Shown piece by piece: positions 46,666 to 59,035 of a stretch of 64,000 nt of DNA. Position 1 is the stretch's first letter, and the number at the start of each line of letters is the position of its first letter. This DNA comes from Tubulanus polymorphus (lineage: Eukaryota > Animalia > Nemertea). A program made the translations under genes and the position numbers. The notes below the pieces were generated by a model. That model searched no databases. It had not been told where the DNA came from and worked only from the letters and a program-made list of their open reading frames with translations. Location: positions 15,507,653-15,571,652 of the forward strand of contig NC_134028.1 of NCBI RefSeq assembly GCF_964204645.1. Reading direction: 5' to 3'.

Positions 46666-49064
46666 TACATATAGTGTCGAATATTAAGGTCATTTTGGCA
46701 GATTCATTTTTTTTTAAAGTGATATTAAAGCGATCATTCAAGTGATCCTACTTAATGAAAGATCTACGGAAGCGATAAAGGGCCTCGAGTTGTCGCGTTC
46801 CAACTCGACAAGTCGCCATATTTATGTCGATATATCGCGATATATCGCATCAAGTCAACATAAATATGTTGACACATCGTGACGTTTTGACGAATTTAAA
46901 CTCAGTCGTCATATCACTGGCGTCCTCATCGCCAGTCACAACGCCAGTCACATGGAGTCGTACGTGTTCTACTTTCTGCGACGCGACACGACTGTCACAA
47001 CCAACCGACGCGCTCTTGCGACTGGCAGAAACTAGTCGCACACAATCGTATTGCAACCGACTTGCACTGAAACTTGCGATGCAACGCGAGGATCGCATCG
47101 TGTCACAAGACCAACCTACATCCGGCTTTAAGTTACTTCGGAGCACCAGAAATATCTTTTTTTTCGTTCAAAAGACCTTTCGCTTGAAAATTCTTTCGTC
47201 GGAACAAAATTTATTTCGTTCGAACCAATAATATTCTACACGATTGAAGCAATTTGAAAAAATCGTAAGAACAAAGTTGAACAAACTTTTTTTTGTCCAA
47301 ACGAAAGGTTTTTCGTTCGAACTATCGTTCAATTGAACAGAATCTTTTTTAATTTGAACAGAATTTTCTTGTCAGAACATTAAGTTTTTCGTTCGAACAA
47401 GTATATTGAAAAAAGTTCAATCGAACAGAATTGTTTTCATTCAAACATTCGTTCGAAAAAATTGTTTTCGCTCGACCAAATTTTTTTGCCGGGAAAATTT
47501 CATTTCAACAATAACATAGCTTTTTATTCGAACACATTTTTTGTCAGAATGAAGAAAATTTTTGGTTCAAGCAAAAAGCGTATTGTTCGATCAAACAGAA
47601 TTATTTTCATTCGAACAAGATTTTCTTGTTGGAACATTAAGTTTTTTGGTCGAACAGCGTGTTAAGGTCGATTTGGAAATTTACTCGGTCTGGTATATGT
47701 TGGATTACTGTGTATGTCATTTGTCAGGACATTAAACAGAAGACAACTTAGGATACTACCTTGCGTGACTCCACTAGTTTGACCGACTTATTCCATGATG
47801 AAGCGTTCCGTTGATTTCGGCCACAAGTTTTCGTTCAGAGATAACTGCTGAGCCATTTGGGCGACCTATAATTGATACTGTTTCCTAATAGCCTGTTTAG
47901 TAATGGCTGATGTTGTGCCTTATCAAATGCTTCGTCGAAATCCACCGTTGAACTGGATTCTAAGACTGTGCAGAAAACCCGTTATCGCTGCTTTGCAGCT
48001 ATATTTATTATTATTATTTTTTTCCACACATTTTTTTTCAAAAGTACATAGGCTTTTTTACATTACCGCTGTTGCCGATACAATCCGTCTAATATCATTC
48101 AGCTCAGTTCGATCTACAAATACTCCGTGCGAATTGTGAAGAATCAACGTTACAAAAGCACTGTCGGGCCGTAAACATCGAAAATTGAGCCCCATTCAAA
48201 GAGCCGACATGTTTTTCTAAGTCGTCTTTCCGAAATCTACCGCACGTTTCTTGTCACATCGATTATCAATTCAAGCATAAATTAACAAATTTATTACCGA
48301 AAGATTGCACATTCTGTCGCGGTTTTTAAAAACTAATTTTAACAGTAACCCATTTTCCTCATCAAATTATATTACTGATACACAGGAAATTTACTACTTT
48401 AGATTTTAAAAGCACTGTCGAGCCGTAAACATCGACAAATCGACGTGTGTCACTACATCGTCGTTCCGGGAATCAGCTGCGAGTTTCTCCTCATTCTGAG
48501 AATCAAATCGAGTACAAATTAATTTATTACTACCAGTGATTTGGCTGCGGGCGTCAAGCAGTTAATTTAGCAATACCTATTTTTCTTTACCAAATTTACC
48601 GTGTTTTTACTAAGATAAATCATAAGTGTACCGGGGAGTCGTAGGCCTTAACTAAACACGCCGAAGAGATATAGCGGAGAAAAGCTGTTATGTCGACGAG
48701 GTATCAAAATAAAAGAATATATTACTTTATTCGACCGCGGCCCTCTATATCAATACCATCAATACTCTATATTTCCTACAGTACATACCGATCATTGTCA
48801 AATCCACAAGGTATTTACTAAATACAAGTATATAACACACTCCTATCCGTATGCTGGACTCACACTTGACATTCGGAGTAAGCGTTCGCAGTGGGGGAAA
48901 GGAGATCGTTCGCTGTGTCGCTTGAAGTGTTTATCGAGTTTTACGCGACCATAAAGCTTTAGTATGGTGGCTGATAAGATAAAAAAAACACGAATATGCA
49001 AATAAGGTCGACATTACGACAAAACGACAAAACTAAAATAACGCGAGAAAACAATGATTTTGAT

Positions 49065-51912
49065 TTTGTCGCCCGCGACAATTCATTATTTTGGTTTTAT
49101 CGCCCACGACAATTCATTACTTTGGTTTTATCGCCAGCGACAATGCATTATTTTGGTTTTGTCGCCCGCAACAATTCATTATTTTGGTTTTATATTTTGT
49201 TTTTGTCGCCCGCGAAATTTTTCTTTTTTGGTTTTGCCGCCCGCGACAATATTTTGGTTTTAACGCCCGCGATAATTCATTGTTGTTTTGGTTTTATCGC
49301 CCGCGACAATTCATTATTTTGGTTTTGTCGCCCGAGACAATTCATCATTTTGGTTTTATCGACCGCGACAATTCATTATTTTGGTTTTGTCGCGCGCGAC
49401 AATTCACCATTTTGGTTTTGTCACCTGGACAATTCACCATTTTGGTTTTGTCGCCCGCGACAATTCATTATTTTGGTTTTGTCGCCCCCCACAATTCTTT
49501 TTTTGGTTTTGTCACCCGCGACAATTCATTAGTTTCGTTTTGTCGCTTGCGACAATTCATTATTTTGGTTTTGTCTCCCGCGAAAATTCAATATTTTGGT
49601 TTTATCGCCCGCGATAATTCATTATTTTGGTTTTATCGTCAGCGACAATTCACTATTTTGGTTTTGTCGCCCGCGACAATTCTTCTTTTTGGTTTTGTCG
49701 TCGCGACAATTCATTATTTTGGTTTTGTCGCCCGCGACAATTCACCATTTTGGTTTTGTCACCCGCGACAATTCATTATTTTGGTTTTATCGCCCGCGAC
49801 AATTCACCATTTTGGTTTTGTCACCCGCGACAATTCATTATTTTGGTTTTATCGCCCGCGACAATTCATTATTTTGGTTTTGTCGCCCCGACAATTCTTT
49901 TTTTGGTTTTGTCGCCGGCGACAATTCATTAGTTTGGTTTTGTCGCCCGCGACAATTCAATATTTTGGTTTTGTCGCCCGCGACAATTCAATATTTGTTT
50001 TGTCGCCTGCGACAATTCATTACTTTGGTTTTATCTCCAGCGATAATTCTATATTTTGGTTTTGTCGCCCGCGACAATTCTTCATTTTGGTTTTGTTGCC
50101 CGCGACAATTCATTATTTTGGTTTTATATTTTGTTTTAGTCGCCCGCGACAATTTTTTTTGGTTTAGTCGCCCGCGACGATTCAATATTTAGGTTTTGTC
50201 GCCCGCGACAATTCAATATTTTGGTTTTGTCTCCCGCGAAAATACAATATTTTGGTTTTATTGCCCGCGATAATTCATTATTTTGGTTTTATCGTCAGCG
50301 ACAATTCATTATTTTGGTTTTGTCGCCCGCGACAATTCTTCTTTTTGGTTTTGTCGTCCCGACAATTCATTATTTTGGTTTTGTCGCCCGCGACAATTCA
50401 ATATTTTGGTTTTGTCGCCCGCGACAATTCAATATTTTGGTTTTGTCGCCCGCGACAATTCATTATTTTGGTTCAATCGCCCGTGACAATTCAATATTTT
50501 GGTTTTATCGCCCGCGATAATTCATTATTTTGGTTTTATTGCCCGCGACAATTCATTATTTTGGTTTTATCGCCCGCGACAATTCATTATTTTGGTTTTG
50601 TCACCCGCGACAATTCACCATTTTGGTTTTGTCGCACGAGACAATTCATTATTTTGGTTTTATCGCCCGCGACAATTCATTATTTTGGTTTTGTCGCCCC
50701 CCACAATTCTTTTTTTGGTTTTGTCACCCGCGACAATTCATTAGTTTCGTTTTGTCGCTTGCGACAATTCATTATTTTGGTTTTGTCTCCCGCGAAAATT
50801 CAATATTTTGGTTTTATCGCCCGCGATAATTCATTATTTTGGTTTTATCGTCAGCGACAATTCATTATTTTGGTTTTGTCGCCCGCGACAATTCTTCTTT
50901 TTGGTTTTGTCGTCGCGACAATTCATTATTTTGGTTTTGTCGCCCGCGACAATTCACCATTTTGGTTTTGTCACCCGCGACAATTCATTATTTTGGTTTT
51001 ATCGCCCGCGACAATTCACCATTTTGGTTTTGTCACCCGCGACAATTCATTATTTTGGTTTTATCGCCCGCGACAATTCATTATTTTGGTTTTGTCGCCC
51101 CCCACAATTCTTTTTTTGGTTTTGTCGCCGGCGACAATTCATTAGTTTCGTTTTGTCGCCCGCGACAATTCAATATTTTGGTTTTGTCGCCCGCGACAAT
51201 TCAATATTTGTTTTGTCGCCTGCGACAATTCATTACTTTGGTTTTATCTCCAGCGATAATTCTATATTTTGGTTTTGTCGCCCGCGACAATTCTTCTTTT
51301 TGGTTTTGTTGCCCGCGACAATTCATTATTTTGGTTTTATATTTTGTTTTAGTCGCCCGCGACAATTTTTTTTGGTTTAGTCGCCCGCGACGATTCAATA
51401 TTTAGGTTTTGTCGCCCGCGACAATTCAATATTTTGGTTTTGTCTCCCGCGAAAATACAATATTTTGGTTTTATGGCCCGCGATAATTCATTATTTTGGT
51501 TTTATCGTCAGCGACAATTCATTATTTTGGTTTTGTCGCCCGCGACAATTCTTCTTTTTGGTTTTGTCGTCGCGACAATTCATTATTTTGGTTTTGTCGC
51601 CCGCGACAATTCAATATTTTGGTTTTGTCGCCCGCGACAATTCAATATTTTGGTTTTGTCGCCCGCGACAATTCATTATTTTGGTTCAATCGCCCGTGAC
51701 AATTCAATATTTTGGTTTTATCGCCCGCGATAATTCATTATTTTGGTTTTATTGCCCGCGACAATTCATTATTTTGGTTTTATCGCCCGAGACAATTCAT
51801 TATTTTGGTTTTGTCACCCGCGACAATTCACCATTTTGGTTTTGTCGCACGAGACAATTCATTATTTTGGTTTTATCGCCCGCGACAATTCATTATTTTG
51901 GTTTTGTCGTCC
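49065..51912. repeat. 31-bp satellite with ~1.21-kb higher-order duplication
   Basis: Read directly. Paired ORFs at 49596/50808 and 50221/51434 show the offset. Confidence 0.93.
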
Positions 51913-51914
51913 GA

Positions 51915-53070
51915 AGAAAATTTTGAAGACGCTTTGATCAATTACCTTGATCTTTCGTTTATATTTGAATCTACCAAAGGCCCATCAGCATAAGAAAATT
52001 GGGTCGATCTGACTCAAGATGGCCGTCCTATGACCTTTTTAGTGCCCAAAAATGTCAATTTTGGCCAGAATTCTAGGTCCTGTAGCTTCCTACTGGTTTG
52101 CCATTTCTCATTGCAATTGCTGATGGATATTCTTTAGAGAGGGATATTTTATACCTGGGACAGGTATTTTTGATCAGCCAATTATGACGCAATTGGCGGC
52201 CATCTTGGTGTCATCAGTACTCATTCGTAGGTGGGAAAAAGTTTTCCACAATTAATTGATACCTAAGCATATTGTGTTACTATATGCAATGGGAAAGTTG
52301 TAGCCCATAACGTGTTCTATGATTTTGGTGAGTTTCAAGGTCATTGGTTTTTGTATGTGGCCATCAGGGGGCGTTGAATAATACAATAACTTAGTATCGC
52401 TATATTATATTTGTACCAAGGCATATTTTGTTACCATGATCAATGGCAAAGTTGTAGTTCATGACATCGTTTATGATTGTGGTGAGTTTTTAAGGACATT
52501 AGTTATTCCATATAGTCACCAGGGGGCGTTGAATAGTAGAAAAGCTTAGTTTTTCCTTATTAGATTGGTACCTAGGCATAGTTTGTTACCATGATCCATT
52601 GCAAAGTTGTAGTTCATGACATCGTCTATGATTGTGGTGAGTTTTTAAGGACATTAGTTATTCCATATAGTCACCAGGGGGCGCTGAATAGTAGAATGGC
52701 TTAGTATTTCCTTATTAGATTGGTACCTAGGCATATTTTGTTACTATGATCAATTGCAAAGTTGTATTTCATGACATGTACTACGATTGTGGTGAGTTTT
52801 AAGGTCATTGGGTTTTGCATATGGTCACCAGGGGGCGTTGAATAGTAGAATAACTTAGTATTTCCATATTAAATTGGTAACGAGGCATATTTTGTTATCA
52901 CAATCAATTACAAAATCATGGCTGCTCACATGTTCTATGATTGTGGTGGGTTTCAAGGTCATTGGATTTTGTATATGGTCACTAGAGGGCGTTATGTATT
53001 GAAATTGTTAGATTGTTGAGCATTTGAAACCACTGCCCAAGTGAGCATGGTGTCCCTGGACCCCTAGTTT
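51915..53070 (+). mobile_element. 5'-truncated copy of the second HINE family
   Basis: Homologous to 42980-44130. Confidence 0.7.
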
Positions 53071-53747
53071 GGTTTTGTCGCCCGCGACAATTCATTATTT
53101 TGGTTTTGTCGCACGCAACAATTCAATAGTTTGTTTTTGTCGTCTGCGACAATTCATTATTTTGGTTTTATCGCCCGCAACAATTCAATATTTTGGTTTC
53201 AATGCCCGCGACAATTCATTATTGTGGTTTTATCCTCGCGACAATTCATTATTTTGGTTTTATCGCCCGCGACAATTCATTATTTTCGTTTTGTCGCCCG
53301 TGACAATTCAATATTTTGGTTTTGTCACACGCGACAATTCATAATTTTGGTTTTGTCGCCCGTGGTTTTGTCGGAACATTAAGTTTTTGGTCGAACAGTG
53401 TGTTAAGGTTGTTTTGAAAATTTACTCGGTCTGGATTATTTTGGATTACTGTGTATGTCATTTGTCAGGACATTAAACAGAAGACGACTTAGGATACTAC
53501 CTTGCGTGACTCCACTAGTTAGACCGTCTCATTCCAAGATGAGGCGTTCCGTTGATTTTGGTTACAAGTTTCCGTTCAGAGATAACTGCTGTGCCATTTG
53601 GGCGACCTATCATTGATAATGTTTCCTAATAGCCTGTTCAGTAATGGCTGATGTTGAGCCTTATCAAATGCTTTGTTGAAATCCACCGTTGAACAGGATT
53701 CTAAGACTGTGCAGAAAACCCGTTATCGCTGCTTTGCAGCTATATTT

Positions 53748-56608
53748 ATTATTATTTTTTTCCACACTTTTTTTGTCAAAAGTACATAGGCTTTTTTACA
53801 TTACCGCTGTTGCCGATACAATCCGTCTGATATCATTCAGCTCACTTCGATCTACAAATACTCCGTGCGAATTTTGAAGAATCAACGTTACAAAAGCACT
53901 GTCGGGCCGTAAACATCGAAAATTGAGCCCCATTCAAAGAGCCGACATGTTGTCTATACGAAATCTACCGCACGTTTCTTGTCACGTCGATTATCAATTC
54001 AAGCATAAATTAACAAATTTATTACCCAGAGATTGCACAGTCTGTCGCGGTTTTTAAAAACTAAGTTTAAAAATAGCCCATTTTCCTCATCAAATCATAT
54101 TACCGATATACAGGAAATTTACTACTTTAGATTTTAAAAGCACTGTCGAGCCGTAAACATCGACGAATCGACGTGTGTCAGTACATCGTCGTTCCGGGGA
54201 TCAGCTGCGAGTTTCTCCTCATCATGAGAATCGAATCGAGTACAAATTAATTTATTACTACCAGTGATTTGGTTGCGGGCTTCAAGCAGTTAGTTTAACA
54301 ATACCTATTTTTCTTTACCAAATTAACCGTGTATTTACTAAGATAATCATAAGTATACCGGGGAGTCGTAGGCCTAAACGAAACACGCCGAAGAGATATA
54401 GCGGAGAAAAGCTGTTATGTCGACGAGGTATCAAAATAAAAGAATATATTACTTTATTCGGCCGCGGGCTTCAACCTCTATATCAATACCATCAATACTC
54501 GATATTTCGTACAGTACATACCGATCATTGTCAAATGCACAAGGTATTTACTAAATACAAGTATATAACACACTCCTTTCCGTATACTGGACTCGTCACA
54601 TTCGGAGTAAGCGTTCGCTGTGGGGGAAAGGAGATCGTTCGCTGTGTCGCTTGAAGTGTTTATCGAGTTTTACGTGGCTTTAGGCCTACCGGTACTGAGC
54701 TTTACTGTCTCAAACAAACACAGTATAATTGTTGCGTTAATTAACGGACTCATTGGATCGAACTTCAAAACAAAATTTACGATATTTAGGTGGGTTGTTA
54801 TTCAATAGGACTACGACCAATCTGTCCGGATGTTAGGCCTACGCATATACATAGGCCTACATAGGCTAGTAGCCTCTACTAGGTAAAAGCTAAGTTCACT
54901 GTAAAGGAGGAATCAGATTTATTAAAATGCACGTTAATTAGTGATTAACTGGTTGTGATTTGCAACTATCAATCACAATTATCAATTTTATGGCCAAAAA
55001 TGAAGATTTTTTTGAAAATTTCGTCTGAGCAGACAGCTTTATGAGCCAGACTTTTCATTTGAGTTTTTTCATCATGAATGAAACTGGTATTTCATTAATT
55101 CCTAATGACTTAAGCAGGGCGTAGGTCGACCATGCGACGGCTTGTGACTCACTGCGACGCCAATCACAGCGACCGCCAGTGACGATTGTGTCGCAACGAC
55201 TCATCGACCTACGCTCCCTTGCGAGGGGTTGCGACTTTCAGCAACGCCAGTCACAAGAGTTGCATGTGTTCTACTTTCTGTGACGCGACACGACTGTCAC
55301 AACCAACCGATGCGCTCTTGCGACTGGCAGAAACTAGTCGCACACAATCGTATCACAACCGACTTGAACCGAAACTTCCGATGCGACACGATAAGCAGGG
55401 GGTAGGTCGGCCTTGCGACGGCTTGTGACTCACTGCGACGCCAATCACTGCGACCGCCAGCCACGATTGTGTCGCCACGACTCATCGACCTACGCTCCCT
55501 TGCGACGGGTTGCGACTTTCGGCAACGCCAGTCACAAGAAGTCGCACGTGTTCTACTTTCTGTGACGCGACACGACTGTCACAACCAACCGACGCGCTCT
55601 TGCGACTGGCAGAAACTAGTCGCACACAATCGTATCGCAACCGACTTGCACCGAAACTTGCGATGCAACGCGAGGATCGCATCGTGTCACAAGACCAACC
55701 TACGTCCGGCTTTAAGTTACTGTGGAGCACCAGAAATATCTTTTTTTTCGTTCAAAAGACCTTTCGCTTGAAAATTCTTTCATCGGAACTAAATCTATTT
55801 CGTTCGAACCAATAATATTCTATTCGATTGAACCAATTTGAAAAAATCGTTAGAACAAAGTTGAACAAACTTTTTTTTGTCCAAACGAAAGGTTTTTCGT
55901 TCGAACAATCGTTTAATCGAACAGAATCGTTTTAATTTGAACAGAATTTTCTTGTCAGAACATTAAGTTTTTCGTTCGAACAAGTATATTGAAAAAAGTT
56001 TTTTCTCCGAACCGAAAGTATTAAGTATTTCGTTCAATCGAACAGAATTGTTTTCATTCAAACATTCGTTCGAAAAAATTATTTTCGCTCAACCAAATTT
56101 TTCATTTCAACAATAACATAGCTTTTTATTCGAACACATTTTTTGTCAGAATGAAGAAAATTTTTGGTTCAAGCAAAAAGCGTATTGTTCGATCAAACAG
56201 AATTATTTTCATTCGAACAAGATTTTCTGGTTGGAACATTAAGTTTTTTGGTCGAACAGCGTGTTAAGGTCGATTTGGAAATTTACTCGGTCTGGTATAT
56301 GTTGGATTACTGTGTATGTCATTTGTCAGGACATTAAACAGAAGACAACTTAGGATACTACCTTGCGTGACTCCACTAGTTTGACCGACTTATTCCAAGA
56401 TGAGGCGTTCCGTTGATTTCGGCTACAAGTTTTCGTTCAGAGATAACTGCTGAGCCATTTGGGTGACCTATCATTGATACTGTTTCCTAATAGCCTGTTT
56501 AGTAATGGCTGATGTTGTGCCTTATCAAATGCTTCGTCGAAATCCACCGTTGAACAGGATTCTAAGACTGTGCAGAAAACACGTTATCGCTGCTTTGCAG
56601 CTACATTT
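53748..56608 (+). mobile_element. Last HINE unit of the array, with empty Polinton site (54416-54421); 3' end abuts the capsid N-half
   Basis: 3' motif GCAGAAAACACGTTATCGCTGCTTTGCAGCTACATTT ends at 56608. Confidence 0.65.
55113..55711. mobile_element. MITE with TTA TSD (PIF/Harbinger-like) and internal ~281-bp duplication
   Basis: TTA|AGCAGGGCGTAGGTCG...CAACCTACGTCCGGCT|TTA, imperfect TIRs. Partial copies at ~46930-47127 and ~59934-60125. Confidence 0.6.
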
Positions 56609-57231
56609 GATAATTTATAACCCATATCTTTAACTACACTTGATAATACAATTTCATTAACAGGAGCAAATGTTATTTCGAATATAATAGCTTCTTGAAT
56701 TGCATATTTATATAAAGGCGCATTATTATTTATCAATTCAAAGTCTAATGGAATTTTATATTTCCTACCATAAATCTTTTTAATCAAATTATCTGCAGCG
56801 TTAGTTACTATTGCGTCATTAGCTTCTGATCTTAATTAATTTTGATTTGAGGATTGAATTCCTTGGAATATCATATTATTTCTATTTTCTTTAGTCAACC
56901 ATAAATCTTTATAATGCGTGAATAAATAATAATCATCTAATGAAAAAACTTTTTCTGGTCGAATCTTTATAGTTAATTTCTTAATCAAATATCTTCCAAC
57001 ATTATCGACAGCATAATTATTATTATTACCAGTTACTTTTATATCAGCTGATAAATAAATACTTTTTGGGACATATAAAGTATTTTGTGTTAATCTAGGA
57101 ATTCTAACATATAAAGTTTCATCAGGGTTAATATTAGAAGGATTATGAGTAATTATATGATGAGATCTTTCTGCTTTGATTGCATTAGATATTCTAGAAT
57201 TCTTAGAAGGATTTATATAACTCCAACTCAT
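56609..57231 (-). pseudogene. N-terminal half of the major capsid protein gene of the older Polinton
   Basis: Homologous to 26692-27315, one in-frame TAA at 56836, ends at DMGYKLS. Confidence 0.92.
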
Positions 57232-57252
57232 TTATTTAAGAGAAAGAATTAA

Positions 57253-57870
57253 TTATCTATTTTTTATCATATTAACTAATCCAAAAATAATTGCACTTAC
57301 AACTGTAATTAAAAATAAGATTATATGTTCAGCAGCAAAGTTAAGAATATTTCCAGCAGATTTTAATACAAAACCAACAATTGACGCTATAACACCGGGT
57401 AAAGCAGCAGCAGCAGATTTTTTAGATAGTTCCCATAAAAATTTTGCTAATTTTTTAAAACTTTCCTTAACTTTATCTTGTATAGAATTATTACTCGGTG
57501 GTTTATCCGGCGGTTTAGGACTTGGTTTAGATTTTAAAGCATTTGATATAGCTAAACCTATTGCTGTAAATACCATAGTTACAGCTGTTAGAATTGAAAG
57601 AATTGTTACACCTTCAAACTTAAATAATAATTTCATTCTATCTTTTAATGATACTTTAGAATTTGGTTTTATTATTAATTCTTTGACAATAACTTTTAAT
57701 CTATTGATACAATAATCATATGATTTTAATAATAATTTCATTTTTTCTTTCTGAAATTCTATTTTATATTCTAAATCATCAATTTTTTTTTTAAATATGC
57801 ATTTCTTTTTTTAAATTCAATTTCTTCAATAACTTTAAATTCTCGATCTAATTTTAATTGTTCTAATTCT
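57253..57870 (-). pseudogene. C-terminal part of the coiled-coil/membrane protein of the older Polinton
   Basis: 162-aa ORF closely matches 27336-27815 and precedes MCP in the same order. Confidence 0.9.
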
Positions 57871-59035
57871 TTTCTGGTGTCAAATAATTTTTTTCGGAAG
57901 TAGAATTACGTCACGCTAAAATCCGGCATTCCACTAACTAAAATACGGTAACTTATGGATCGGGTTATTTGAGAATGTATTTATTTCATGAAATTTCGAA
58001 CAAGATTGGGTCGATGAATAGTTTAACAATGAACCGCGTTGATTGATCGAGTTGAAAATAGCGGAAATTCCCTTAGCAACAGGAGCGAATTCATAATAAC
58101 AAAACGCGGCCGCGGCCCGGTGCCACGCGGTTCGGCGCGCAGGTTAGAATCCCGGAGAATTACGCTCTCGCGCGCGCAGCTGTCATTCCCAGCCGCAGCA
58201 CTGAAATACACTTTTTTAATCAAAAGTAATGACCCTAAAAACTGCGGTGAGAGTCGCGTTAGAGTCGTAAAATTTCTCGGCCAGCGCGGCGGCGGGTCGG
58301 CACGGCATAGTCTCGCTCTCGAGCAGCAGCAACAACATCGCGGTCGGCAGAAACATTAGTCTCCGCCCCTTCTTCACTAAATAAGGAATTCGGAACCGCT
58401 GGCCACGTGCACTGCTTATTTTGAACCGTATTCCCGGCGGATTTGAAAGAAATGTATATTTTTCGCAAGAGAAATCAATTTTTGTACTGACATTCGCATT
58501 TCCTGCTAATTCGAGTTTTTTTCTAGCAGAAAATAATTTTCCGATTTGTGCGTTTCAACGCGTTAATTAACTACCAGGTCAAAATTCTTCAATATTGCAA
58601 AAACCCCTCTCAGTTTCCACCATAGAAATGTCATTGGGACATTATGGTTTCACAAAGAGTTTTAAACCATTAAAAAATGACACTTTATCTAAATCGAAAG
58701 AATAATCTTTTTAGCAGACAGTGGTACCGAGACCTAATTTATAAGAAGTTTTTTTCTCGCAAAAATTAAAATATTAAATTTCATTTGATCTTATAATATA
58801 AGATTAAAGAATTATGAGGTTTGATTCATTTCTGAAATTTGGGCTTATAATATATCAAGCCCAAATTCCAGAAATGAATCAAAACTTACAGTTACAGAGT
58901 TACAGCTTCATCTTCTTTCTTCCCACCCCTTAACTCGAGCATTAATTTTAAATTTACCAAGTTTTGACTATGAATTGATTTAATTTCTTCATTAATTCAT
59001 TGCTTTGGGTTAAACTACAGTACAATTTCAATATG

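Larger units (their letters stand above)
21759..48006 (+). mobile_element. Composite HINE unit hosting the full Polinton and 31-bp satellite arrays
   Basis: 5' hairpin TAGGGTTTTCTGT..ACAGAAAACCCTA (21761-21792) and (ATT)n. 3' GCAGAAAACCC plus stem-loop at ~47970-48006. Uninterrupted copies of the body are at 48007-49060 and 53748-54680. Confidence 0.6.
48007..53747 (+). mobile_element. Tandem HINE unit with empty Polinton site (48689-48694) and 31-bp satellite
   Basis: Body homologous to 21830-22519 plus 37396-37780. Same 3' end at 53711-53747. Confidence 0.65.

Noticed and set aside
37978-53382. Many hydrophobic ORFs (VLSPATIHYFGF...) that look like membrane proteins
   Set aside because: They are translations of the 31-bp satellite, overlapping in all three frames.
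57875-58950. GC-rich patch that might be a host promoter or exon (also 62700-63350)
   Set aside because: I could not identify a convincing ORF, splice pattern or element termini, so it is left unannotated.
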